From Kiritimatiellia bacterium (GTDB lineage: Bacteria > Verrucomicrobiota > Kiritimatiellia > RFP12 > UBA3636), in NCBI GenBank assembly GCA_017457625.1, contig JAFTHC010000072.1:1-47695 (forward strand): a stretch of 47,695 nucleotides of DNA, read 5' to 3'. The notes under the pieces were generated by a model, which saw nothing but the letters and a program-made list of their open reading frames with translations, was not told the DNA's origin and searched no databases. The translations under genes were made by a program, and so were the position numbers. Shown piece by piece: positions 7,849-16,333 of this stretch; position 1 is the first letter of the stretch, and every line of letters starts with the position of its first letter.

Positions 7849-9540
7849 ATGCAACTGGTCTGCCCGTCCCTGTCCCTGCGCCGTCCCCTGCCGGACGGCG
7901 GTTCTCCGCTCGTGCTCGGCCGCGCCGAGGACGCCGGGTTGCGCCTGGCCGATCCTGCGGTGTCGCGGCACCACGCGCGGCTCTCGGTTTCGGGCGGCCG
8001 GTGCATCGTGGAAGACCTCGGGAGCCGCGGCGGGACGTTTCTGGGAGGCGTGCGGCTTTCGGGCCCCGCGCCGGCCGGTCCCGGCGACGAGCTTCGGCTC
8101 GGCGGAACGGTTTTCCGATTCGAGGCCGATCCGGGCGCTCCGGCGGCCGCTCCGGCCGTGGCGGGGTCCGCGGCCGGCGGAGACGACGGCCCGCCCGATC
8201 CGCGGGAAGAGGCGCTGAAAGCCCGTTTCGCGGACGCGGCGCTGCTGTGCACGCCGGCGAACATGGCCCTGCAGAAGCGCTTCCGCGACCGGATCGTGGA
8301 GCGCATGGAGCGCTCCGCCCGGAAGGGCGACAAGGTCCTGGCCCGGTGGGAGGACCCGACCTACGGGCCGCGCCTGGAGGCGGCGCTGGACGAAATCCTG
8401 CGGGAATGCCGCCACGAAATCCCGGCGGACGTCCCGGCGGACGCCTTCCGGGCGGCCCTGCGCGACGAAATCGCCGAATACGGCCCGATCAGCCCGCTCC
8501 TGCGCGCGGACGACGTTTCCGAAATCATGGTCAACGGCCCCGGCCGCGTTTTCGCGGAAATCGGCGGTCTCCTGTTCGAGACCGGGGTCCGGTTCTTCGA
8601 CGACTCGCACCTGCTCAACCACATCAAGAACATCGCCGCCTCGGTGGGGCGGCGCGTGGACGACGCGAGCCCGATGGTCGACGCCCGCCTTCCCGACGGA
8701 TCGCGCGTCAACGCCGTCATTCCGCCGCTCGCGCTCGACGGCCCGTCCCTCACGATCCGGAAATTCCCTTCGAAGAAACTCACGGTCGACGATCTCGTCG
8801 CGTTCGGGAGCCTGTCTCCGGGCATGGCGGCGTTTCTGCGGGAGGCGGTTCTCGCGCGCAAGAACGTCGTCGTCTCCGGCGGAACCGGCTCGGGCAAGAC
8901 GACGCTGCTGAACGTGCTCTCGCAGTTCATTCCGCGCGGCGAGCGCGTCGTCACGATCGAAGACTCGGCCGAGCTCAAGCTCTCGCACCGCAACGTCGTC
9001 CGGCTCGAAGCGCGGCCGCCCAACGTCGAAGGAACGGGCCGCGTGACGATCCGCGACCTCGTCGTGAATGCGCTCCGCATGCGGCCGGACCGCATCGTCG
9101 TGGGCGAATGCCGCGGCGCTGAGGCGCTCGACATGCTGCAGGCGATGAACACGGGCCACGACGGTTCTCTCACGACGCTGCACGCCAACACGCCCCGCGA
9201 CGCGCTCTCCCGCCTGGAGAACATGGTGATGATGGCGGGCTTCGACCTCCCGTCGCAGGCCATCCGGGAGCAGATTTCCTCGGCCGTGGACGTCATCGTG
9301 CAGCAGAACCGCCTGCCGGACGGATCGCGCAAGATCGTTTCGATCGAGGAAGTCGGGGCTCCCGAAGGATCGACGATCACGCTCTCCCCCGTGTTCGTCT
9401 TCGAACCAGCCGGCCTGTCGCCGGAGGGCAAGGTCCTCGGCCGGCACGTGCCGACCGGGAACATCCCGCAATTCGTCCACGACCGCAACGCGGCCGGCAC
9501 GCTCCGCATGGACATGTCGGCGTTCGTCGAAACCGCCTGA
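7849..9540 (+). CDS. cpaF: FHA-domain fused to CpaF/TadA secretion ATPase
   Basis: FHA at the N-terminus: LVLGRAEDAGLRLADPAVSRHHARLSV...VEDLGSRGGTFLGG. ATPase motifs are Walker A GGTGSGKT (8878-8901), VVTIEDSAEL and GHDGSLTTLHAN. The first ~400 codons of track ORF 6646..9540 overlap the secretin and were rejected. Confidence 0.9.
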   Translation: MQLVCPSLSLRRPLPDGGSPLVLGRAEDAGLRLADPAVSRHHARLSVSGGRCIVEDLGSRGGTFLGGVRLSGPAPAGPGDELRLGGTVFRFEADPGAPAAAPAVAGSAAGGDDGPPDPREEALKARFADAALLCTPANMALQKRFRDRIVERMERSARKGDKVLARWEDPTYGPRLEAALDEILRECRHEIPADVPADAFRAALRDEIAEYGPISPLLRADDVSEIMVNGPGRVFAEIGGLLFETGVRFFDDSHLLNHIKNIAASVGRRVDDASPMVDARLPDGSRVNAVIPPLALDGPSLTIRKFPSKKLTVDDLVAFGSLSPGMAAFLREAVLARKNVVVSGGTGSGKTTLLNVLSQFIPRGERVVTIEDSAELKLSHRNVVRLEARPPNVEGTGRVTIRDLVVNALRMRPDRIVVGECRGAEALDMLQAMNTGHDGSLTTLHANTPRDALSRLENMVMMAGFDLPSQAIREQISSAVDVIVQQNRLPDGSRKIVSIEEVGAPEGSTITLSPVFVFEPAGLSPEGKVLGRHVPTGNIPQFVHDRNAAGTLRMDMSAFVETA

Positions 9541-9553
9541 AGGAACGCCCGGA

Positions 9554-10408
9554 ATGGATTTCTCCGCCGCCGACGCCGGTCTTCTGCTGCTGGTCTTCGC
9601 CGCCGCGTGCGCGCTGGCCGGCGCCGCGTTCGCCGCGGCGCGGGACCGCGCCGCCGAAAAGGCGCTGGCGGCCCGCGGCGGCGCCGGGGCGGTCCGCGCG
9701 GCGACCCGGGCCGCGGCGGGCGCGTTTTTCGCCGCGGCGCTGGCGACGGCGGGCGCGTCCCTGGCGGGCGCGTCCCTGGCCGGTTCCGCGGTCGCCGCGC
9801 TGGCGGCCGGCGCCGCGGCCGCGGCGGCGCCGGGCCTCTCCGCGCGCCGGCGCGCGGCCCGCGTGGAGTCGGATTTCGAGGCGCAGATCCTCGACCTGGC
9901 CACGGCCCTCTCGAACGGGCTGCGGGCGGGGCTGGCGCCCAACGCGGCGCTTGCGGCGGCGGCGGACCGCCTGCCGGATCCCATGTCCGGCGAACTGGAG
10001 GCCGTCCTGCGCGAGACGCGCCAGGCGGGCGTCCCCCTCCCCGAGGCCCTGGCGCGGCTCTACGGCCGCCACCCCTCCGAAGACCTCGCCCTGCTTGTCG
10101 GTTCCGTGTCGCTCACGCAGCAGACGGGCGGCAGTCTCGCGACGGTCCTCGCGCGGCTCGTCGAAACGATCCGGGAGCGGACCGAGTTCAAGCGGCGGCT
10201 CCGCGCGATGACGGAGCAGAGCCGGTTCGAGGCGGCCGCCATGGCCCTGGCGCCCGTGTTCGTTTTCTTGCTGCTCTTTTTCATCGACCGGCCGCTCATG
10301 TTGCCGCTCGTGACGACCGAGCAGGGCTGGTTCGCGCTGGCGGCCGACGCGGCGATGTCGGCCGTGGGGTTCGCCATCATTTCGAAAATCGGGAAAATCG
10401 AGGTGTAG
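9554..10408 (+). CDS. tadB: TadB-type platform protein (T2SS F family)
   Basis: T2SSF-like core LALLVGSVSLTQQTGGSLATVLARLVETIRERTEFKRRLRAMTEQSRFEA plus terminal TM segments. Very Ala-rich N-terminus. Confidence 0.85.
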   Translation: MDFSAADAGLLLLVFAAACALAGAAFAAARDRAAEKALAARGGAGAVRAATRAAAGAFFAAALATAGASLAGASLAGSAVAALAAGAAAAAAPGLSARRRAARVESDFEAQILDLATALSNGLRAGLAPNAALAAAADRLPDPMSGELEAVLRETRQAGVPLPEALARLYGRHPSEDLALLVGSVSLTQQTGGSLATVLARLVETIRERTEFKRRLRAMTEQSRFEAAAMALAPVFVFLLLFFIDRPLMLPLVTTEQGWFALAADAAMSAVGFAIISKIGKIEV

Positions 10409-10409
10409 G

Positions 10410-11309
10410 ATGGACGAAACGCGGACCACGCTCTCCTGCCTTCTCGTTTTCGCGGCCGTCGTCGGCTCCTATCTGGCCGCCGACGCGCTCGTGAAACTGC
10501 CGCGGCGGTCGTCTTCGCCCCTCTCCGGGGATCCGACCCTTCCGCCGCCGTATCGCCTCCTCCTTCCCCTGGTTCTCTGGGCGGGGCCGGGCATCGGCGC
10601 CCGCCTCGCGGAGGCGGCGCCGCGCCGCGCCGCCGCGCTGCGCTCGACGCTGGCCCTCGCGGGCGTCCGCCTCGGCCCGGAGCACGTGTTCGGCCTGCAG
10701 ACGGTTCTCGCCGCGGCCGGAGCCCTCGCGGGCGTGCTGCTTTTCGTCCTGACCGGCGACGCGGGGACCGGCGCGTTTTTCGCGGTCTTGGCCGCGCTCG
10801 CGGGCTGGATCCAGCCCGGGCTCGACCTGGAAGCGCGCGCGCGGCGGCGGCAGGAGGCGGTCGTGCGCGCCTTGCCGTTCGCCATCGATCTGATCGCCGC
10901 CGCGATGCGGGCCGGCGTCGACTTCGTCTCGGCCGTCCGCCACTACGTGCAGCTCGGCCTGGACAACCCGCTGGCGGCCGAATTCCGCACGCTGCTGCGC
11001 GAGATGACGGAGGCGAACGTCCCCCAGGCCGAGGCGCTGGACCGCATGGCGGCCCGCATCCGGTCGCCCGAGTTCCGCTCGTTCGTCGACGCCGTCGCGC
11101 ACGGGCTCGAGGTCGGCGCCTCGGTCGCGGACACCATGGCGGCGCAGGGCGAGGACCTGCGCCGCGCCCGGTTCGCCCTCGCGGAACGCAAGGCGGCCCG
11201 CGCGCCGAGTCTCATGATCTTCCCGCTGGCGCTGTTCATCCTGCCGGCGGTTTTCATCGTGGTTTTCTTCCCCGTCTGGTTGCGCTGGAAGGCGTCGCAC
11301 GGCGGATAA
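10410..11309 (+). CDS. tadC: TadC-type platform protein (T2SS F family)
   Basis: LPFAIDLIAAAMRAGVDFVSAV ... VDAVAHGLEVGASVADTMAAQGEDLRRARFALAERKAARAPSLMIFPLALFILPAVF. Starts 1 nt after the tadB stop. Confidence 0.85.
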   Translation: MDETRTTLSCLLVFAAVVGSYLAADALVKLPRRSSSPLSGDPTLPPPYRLLLPLVLWAGPGIGARLAEAAPRRAAALRSTLALAGVRLGPEHVFGLQTVLAAAGALAGVLLFVLTGDAGTGAFFAVLAALAGWIQPGLDLEARARRRQEAVVRALPFAIDLIAAAMRAGVDFVSAVRHYVQLGLDNPLAAEFRTLLREMTEANVPQAEALDRMAARIRSPEFRSFVDAVAHGLEVGASVADTMAAQGEDLRRARFALAERKAARAPSLMIFPLALFILPAVFIVVFFPVWLRWKASHGG

Positions 11310-11328
11310 CGGGAAAGGTTTCTCGCAC

Positions 11329-12813
11329 ATGTCCGCCTCAATCCGTTTCGTGTCTGGATCGCTCGCCGGGTCGTCGTTCGGCGTCGGGGACGCCGTCGGC
11401 ATCGGCCGGTCGCGCTCGTGCGCGGTGCGGCCGGCCGAGCCGGACGTGTCCGGCCATCACGCCGTCGTCTCCCCCGGGGAAAGCGGACTTCTGCTCGAGG
11501 TTTCCGGCCGGGCCGGCGCCGTCGTAGACGGCCGCGCGGTTTCCCCGGGCGCTTCCGTCGCCCTGGCGCCCGGCGCCCGCGTCCGCCTCGGCTCCTCGCT
11601 GGAGTTCGAAGTCGCGGGCGACGCTCCCGCTGCGGACGAGACCGCGGCGGGCGAGACCGCGGCGGACGAGACCGCGGCGGACGAGACCACGGCGCCGGAC
11701 GTGGATGACGGTGCGGACGAAACGCGCGCGCTGGAAACACAGGCGGCGACGCCTGCCGAGCTGGAGCGTCTCCGGGGCATGCACCAGGCGCGCCGCCGCC
11801 GATCCGTCCTGTTCCGGGTCGCCCTCGTCGCCGCGGCCTTTCTGGCGGCCCTCGGCGTTTCGCTTTGGCGCCAGCGCGCCCCGGAAACCGAACGGCTCCT
11901 GCATCCGCGCGGCGAAAAAGGGGACACCCTGCGGACGAAGGTCGAAATCGACGCGCCCGGACCGGACGTCGCGGAGCCGCCCTTCCTGTTCGTCTACGGC
12001 GCCAATGCGCCCGTATCCCGCTCGACCGACGGCGCCGGCCGCCGCTGGACGACGGTCGGCGGCCGGCTCCGGACGAGCCGCGGCCGGGACGTCGACTTTC
12101 CCGTCCGCGCCTGCGCGTTCGACGATCCGGAGGGTCTCCGCGCGCCGCGGGAAGAGCGCTTCCGCGCGTGGCTCGAAGCGGTCGCCCCCGAACGGAACTG
12201 GACGCTGCTGGGGGAAGAGCCGCCGGCCCGGCTGCGCTTCCTCGGCGGCGAGCGGGGGCTCGGCCCCGGCATTCCCTACCGCCAGTGGCGCTACAAGACC
12301 GGCGAAGGCGGCGTGCAGCGAGACGGCCGCGTCGCCTTCTTCCGGGCCGGCCGGCGCTGCTACGCGGTCTGCTGGGAGCTCGAAAGCTCCGTGTTCGCCC
12401 TGTCCCGGCGCGCCGGCGCGCCCGGCCGGGCGCTCGAAGAGCTGGTCGTCAGCCCGTCTTCGTTCGCGGAAGGCCGGTGGGAAGGCGCGCCGGAGTCGGG
12501 CCTTTCCCCGGACCCGGCCGCGACCGCGCGCTCGCCGTTGGAATGGGAGGAGACGGAAACGCGCCTGCGGGAAGCGCTCGTGGCGGCGGCGCTCGCGGGC
12601 GAACCGACGGCCGGCACGCAGGCGGCCGCTGGGCTCTCCGCCCTGCGCCGGGCCAAGGACGCGGCGTGGAAGGACTTCTGGGCGCGCCGCGTCGAAGCGG
12701 CGCACGATCCGCGCGCGGCCGCGGCCGTCGACGCGGAGGCCGTCGCCGCGTTCCGCGGCTCCGACGACCGCCGGCGCGACCTGCTCCGCGACAAGAACTG
12801 GTGGAAGAAATGA
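11329..12813 (+). CDS. FHA-domain single-pass membrane protein with large C-terminal (predicted periplasmic) domain
   Basis: FHA: VGIGRSRSCAVRPAEPDVSGHHAVVSP. An acidic DETAA repeat is followed by TM VLFRVALVAAAFLAALGVSLW and then ~310 aa with no recognisable family. Confidence 0.8.
   Translation: MSASIRFVSGSLAGSSFGVGDAVGIGRSRSCAVRPAEPDVSGHHAVVSPGESGLLLEVSGRAGAVVDGRAVSPGASVALAPGARVRLGSSLEFEVAGDAPAADETAAGETAADETAADETTAPDVDDGADETRALETQAATPAELERLRGMHQARRRRSVLFRVALVAAAFLAALGVSLWRQRAPETERLLHPRGEKGDTLRTKVEIDAPGPDVAEPPFLFVYGANAPVSRSTDGAGRRWTTVGGRLRTSRGRDVDFPVRACAFDDPEGLRAPREERFRAWLEAVAPERNWTLLGEEPPARLRFLGGERGLGPGIPYRQWRYKTGEGGVQRDGRVAFFRAGRRCYAVCWELESSVFALSRRAGAPGRALEELVVSPSSFAEGRWEGAPESGLSPDPAATARSPLEWEETETRLREALVAAALAGEPTAGTQAAAGLSALRRAKDAAWKDFWARRVEAAHDPRAAAAVDAEAVAAFRGSDDRRRDLLRDKNWWKK
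11635..11694 (+). repeat. in-frame 15-nt tandem repeat x4 (DETAA/GETAA/DETAA/DETTA)
   Basis: The sequence reads gacgagaccgcggcg, ggcgagaccgcggcg, gacgagaccgcggcg, gacgagaccacggcg. It lies between the FHA domain and the TM helix. Confidence 0.9.
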
Positions 12814-15218
12814 GAAAACCGGCTCCCGCGCTCGAACTTTCCAAGGACGGCCGCGTGCTGTTCCGCGCCGACGCCGCCGGTTTTCCCGGGACCCTGACGA
12901 TCGGCCGGAGCCGCGAATGCGACTGGTGCCTGGCCGGCGCCGATCCGTCCGCCAGCGGCCGCCACGCGGAGGTGACCCGGCGGCGGGGTTCGTTTTACGT
13001 CCGCGATCTCGGCAGCCGCAACGGCGTTCTCGCGGACGGCGTCCGCGTCGCCTCGTGCCGGCTCCGGCCCGGCCGCCCCGTCCGGATCGGCGGCTGCGAG
13101 CTGGCCGTCGTGGCGGGCGCCGCCGCCGCCGATTCGCCGGCGTTCCACCGGATCGAGCAGACCGGCGGCCCGGAAGCGGGGCGCGCGTTCGACCTGAAGC
13201 CCGGCCCGGGTCTCGCCGTCGGCTCCGATCCGGCCTGCGACGTGGTCTGCCCCGGGCCGTTCGTCTCCCGGCGGCATCTGCTGTTCCGGCTCGACGAACG
13301 AGGCGATCCGGTCGTCGAATGCACCGGCGCGCGCAACGGCGCGACCGTGAACGGCCTGCCGCTCCTCAAGACCCAGCAGCTCGCGGACGGCGATTCGATC
13401 GTGGCGGCCGACCGGGAGTTCCGCTTCCTGGACAAAAACGTCCCCCACGTCCGCGCCGGTCTGGGGCGCAAGGCCCTCGTGGCCGGCGCGACCCTCCTGC
13501 TCGCCCTCGCCGCGCGCCAGATCTGGCTCGCGGCCCGCCCCGACGCCGGCCGCCTCCTCGACCGGGCGCGCGCCGCCGCCGCCGCCGAATCGTTTTCCGA
13601 GGCGTTCGCGCTCGCGGACGAAGCGGCCGCCGCGCGTCGCGCGCCGGTCTACGAATCCGCGCGCCGCGCCCTTCTGGCCGACCTCTCGCGCTGGACCAAC
13701 GCGATCGTCCGGTGGCGGGGTCCCGGCGACTGCGCCCGGTCGATGCTCCGGGCCCGCCGGTGGAAGGCCGCCCCCGACTACCGCTCCGGCGCGTCCGACT
13801 GGGGGTGGAACACGACGACCTCCCCCGCCATGCAGGCCGAGGAGCGCCGGGCGTTCGACCTGCTCGACGCGTTCAACGGCCCCGGCGCCGGCCGGAACCT
13901 GCTTCGCGACGAGGCCGTCGCGGGCGCCGCGGCCGATCCCGTCCTGCGGGACCGGGCCGCGGCCGCGTTCGAGGCCGCGGCCGACCGGCTCGCGGCGGCG
14001 ACGGCCGCCGTGTGGCGGGCCGCCGCGCCGCCGCCGCCGCCGGACTGGTATCTGCGGCCGCTCGTCGAATCGGCCGCCGCCGTCGAAGACGCTCTCCGCG
14101 CCGCCGCCGCCGCCAACGCCGCGCTCGACGCCCGGTTCGGCGCGCTCCGGCTCCCCGACTGCCTCGCGGCGCCGCCCGACGGCGCAGCCCGGCTCGCGCG
14201 GGATCTGGCCGCGCTCGCCTCGCAGGACGCGCAAGCGCGCGAACGCGCCGAAGAGGACCGCCGGACCGGCCGGTATCCGGTCCTGCGCCGCAGCCGCCTG
14301 CTCGCCGACCGGATCGAGGCGGCCGGGCCGGTCGTCGGCCGCCTCGTCGCGGCCGAGGCCGTTTTCGCGTCCAATCTCGCCGCGGTCGCGCGTTGCGACG
14401 GCGCGGCGTTCGCGCCGGCGCTTCCGCTGCCGGACGAGGACGACGCGCGCGCCGTCCATCCGGCGCTGGCCGGCTACGCCGCTTCGCTCGCCTCGCTGCA
14501 AGCCGACCTCGACGGCTTCCGCGTCGAATGGGATTCCGCCGCCGGCCAGCTCGCGCGCTGGGACCTGGATCCGGCCCGGCCGGCGATCCCCGGCGACATG
14601 GCGTTCCTGTTTTCGCTGGAAAAACTCCCCGCCGCGCCGCCGCGCGGCGCGCCGCTTCCGCCGGCGGGCGCCGCCGCGCCCGCCGATCCCTACGACTTCG
14701 CGGTCGGGGCCCGGGACTTCCGGGATTTCCTGGACCCCTCGATCAAGACCCGGTTCGAAACGGCGGCGACCGCCTACGTGCGCGGGTCCAAGCTGGAATC
14801 GTCCTGGAGCGGACCCGTGCCGCCGGAGCTCGCGCGGCTCGGCGTGTCGTTCGCCATGCCGCTCGTGCGGCGGACGGCCAACCGGCTCCGCGTCCTGCGC
14901 GCCGCCGCCGCCGCGCTCGACGGGACGCCCGCCCGCGATCCCCGCGGCCTGCACGCGCTCGTCCGGACCGTCCCCGACGCGCCGGGCCGCCCGAATCTGG
15001 CCGCCGGGGCGCTGCGCCTGCACGGGCTCGTGTCCGCGGCCGCGGACAAGTGGCGGCAGGGGCCGCTCTCGGCCGCCGCCGCGCCCGCCGGGCGCGACGC
15101 CGCGCTCGCCGAGGCCGTCCGCGCCCTGCTGTTTCCGCCCGCCAAGGCCGCGGAGCGCGCCGCCGCCGCGGCCCGCATCGCCGAAAAACTCGCGGCCGAC
15201 CGGGAGGAGGCGCCGTGA
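12810..15218 (+). CDS. double-FHA single-pass membrane protein with ~570 aa Ala-rich C-terminal domain
   Basis: FHA1: TIGRSRECDWCLAGADPSASGRHAEVTRRRGSFYVRDLGSRNGVLADG. FHA2: LAVGSDPACDVVCPGPFVSRRHLLFRL...GARNGATVNG. TM: ALVAGATLLLALAARQIWLAA. ATGA overlap with the previous gene. Confidence 0.8.
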   Translation: MRKPAPALELSKDGRVLFRADAAGFPGTLTIGRSRECDWCLAGADPSASGRHAEVTRRRGSFYVRDLGSRNGVLADGVRVASCRLRPGRPVRIGGCELAVVAGAAAADSPAFHRIEQTGGPEAGRAFDLKPGPGLAVGSDPACDVVCPGPFVSRRHLLFRLDERGDPVVECTGARNGATVNGLPLLKTQQLADGDSIVAADREFRFLDKNVPHVRAGLGRKALVAGATLLLALAARQIWLAARPDAGRLLDRARAAAAAESFSEAFALADEAAAARRAPVYESARRALLADLSRWTNAIVRWRGPGDCARSMLRARRWKAAPDYRSGASDWGWNTTTSPAMQAEERRAFDLLDAFNGPGAGRNLLRDEAVAGAAADPVLRDRAAAAFEAAADRLAAATAAVWRAAAPPPPPDWYLRPLVESAAAVEDALRAAAAANAALDARFGALRLPDCLAAPPDGAARLARDLAALASQDAQARERAEEDRRTGRYPVLRRSRLLADRIEAAGPVVGRLVAAEAVFASNLAAVARCDGAAFAPALPLPDEDDARAVHPALAGYAASLASLQADLDGFRVEWDSAAGQLARWDLDPARPAIPGDMAFLFSLEKLPAAPPRGAPLPPAGAAAPADPYDFAVGARDFRDFLDPSIKTRFETAATAYVRGSKLESSWSGPVPPELARLGVSFAMPLVRRTANRLRVLRAAAAALDGTPARDPRGLHALVRTVPDAPGRPNLAAGALRLHGLVSAAADKWRQGPLSAAAAPAGRDAALAEAVRALLFPPAKAAERAAAAARIAEKLAADREEAP

Positions 15219-15397
15219 ACGACCGCGGATCGGTGCTCCTGGAATACGTCGTGCTCTGCTGCTTCGTCGGCACCGCGCTCATCCTGTTCATGCATGCGAA
15301 TTTCTACAACCCCGTCGACGGGTTCGTCGGCCTCGGCCGCGATCTCGTCGCGTTCTACCAACGCTTCCAGACCCTGCTGGCCCGCCCCGTCCCGTGA
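15215..15397 (+). CDS. small Flp/TadE-type prepilin-like protein (60 aa)
   Basis: GTG start in a GTGA overlap. VNDRG-SVLLEYVVLCCFVGTALILF matches the Flp G/xxxxEY processing motif followed by a hydrophobic helix. Confidence 0.55.
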   Translation: MNDRGSVLLEYVVLCCFVGTALILFMHANFYNPVDGFVGLGRDLVAFYQRFQTLLARPVP

Positions 15398-15410
15398 TTC
15401 CCGTTGTGAG

Positions 15411-15449
15411 AAACCCAACCCAACAAACAACCCAACCAAAGGAACAACC
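15411..15449 (+). promoter_or_regulatory. A/C-rich unstructured leader upstream of the flp pilin gene
   Basis: aaacccaacccaacaaacaacccaaccaaaggaacaacc is nearly G-free in a high-GC background and contains the only weak SD-like aagga. A similar tract precedes the lipoprotein gene at 3741. Confidence 0.35.
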
Positions 15450-15782
15450 ATGAAATTCAGGAAAACGCGCCTCGTCCGCACGCTCTGCCGCCTCTTCGGC
15501 GAAGAGAAAGGCCAGGCCATGATGGAATACGTCGTGCTCGCGGTCCTCATCGTCGCCGCCGCCGTCTTCGCCGTCGTCAAGTTCGGCGGAGCGATCGTCC
15601 GCCAGTTCGGCGTGGCCGAAAAAGGCGCCGTCGGAAACGAAGCGGGCGCCGTCGAACTCCAACAACAGAGCCAGGATACGGCCAATACGGACGTCACGCA
15701 AGGGCAAAACGCCAACGCAGCCTACAGCACGCTCTCGGAAGGCGGCGGCGAAGGCGGCGAAGGCGAAGGCTCTTCCGACTGA
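15450..15782 (+). CDS. flp: Flp-family pilin with extended acidic/Gly C-terminal tail
   Basis: GEEKG-QAMMEYVVLAVLIVAAAVFAVV matches G/xxxxEY plus a hydrophobic helix. The 110 aa length is long for Flp. Tail: SEGGGEGGEGEGSSD. Confidence 0.8.
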   Translation: MKFRKTRLVRTLCRLFGEEKGQAMMEYVVLAVLIVAAAVFAVVKFGGAIVRQFGVAEKGAVGNEAGAVELQQQSQDTANTDVTQGQNANAAYSTLSEGGGEGGEGEGSSD

Positions 15783-15796
15783 CGACCGGTTTTCCC

Positions 15797-16333
15797 GTGT
15801 CCCCGCTTCCCCTCGCCTTTTTCGCCGCGTGGCTCCTCGCGCTCTGCGTCTGCGATCTGCGCGCCCGCCGGCTGCCCAACGCGCTCACGCTGGGCGGCGC
15901 GGCGGTCGCGCTCGCCGCGCGGCTGGGCGCGGGGTGGCCGTCGGCCGCGCCGTTTCTGGACGGTCTGGCCGGCGGCGCGCTCGCGGCGCTGCTGCTGCTG
16001 CTGCCGTTTCTCGTCCGGGCGGCGGGCGCGGGGGACGTGAAGATGCTCTTCGCGGCCGGGTGCGCGCTCGGCCGCGGCCGGGCGGCGGGCTTTCTGCTGT
16101 TCGTTTCGCTCGCGGGGCTCGCGCTCGGACTCGTCTGGTTCCTGTCCGCCCGGTTCGACCGGCGGCGGATCCGGCATCTGGCGCGGACGCTCTTCGATCC
16201 GCGCTACGACCGCGCGGCCGGACGCGCGGCGCTGCCGCCGAAATCGGCGGAGGCGTGCCGCGTCCCGTTCGGCCTGGCCATCGCCGCCGGCGCGGCGCTC
16301 GAGCTGGCGCTGGAACCGGGAGGCGCCGCGTGA
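15797..16333 (+). CDS. cpaA: A24-family prepilin peptidase, CpaA/TadV type (no methyltransferase domain)
   Basis: Polytopic membrane protein with the two Asp motifs LCVCDLRARRLPN and AAGAGDVKMLFAAG. GTG start. Confidence 0.85.
   Translation: MSPLPLAFFAAWLLALCVCDLRARRLPNALTLGGAAVALAARLGAGWPSAAPFLDGLAGGALAALLLLLPFLVRAAGAGDVKMLFAAGCALGRGRAAGFLLFVSLAGLALGLVWFLSARFDRRRIRHLARTLFDPRYDRAAGRAALPPKSAEACRVPFGLAIAAGAALELALEPGGAA

Noticed and set aside
11705-15397. 1230 aa plus-strand ORF and the 887 aa antisense ORF (12360..15023) across the FHA genes
   Set aside because: Both translate to Arg/Pro/Gly/Ala-rich low-complexity strings. The frames chosen instead give FHA motifs, TM helices and start/stop coupling. 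Only the last 61 codons of 11705..15397 (from the GTG at 15215) look like a real Flp-like gene.
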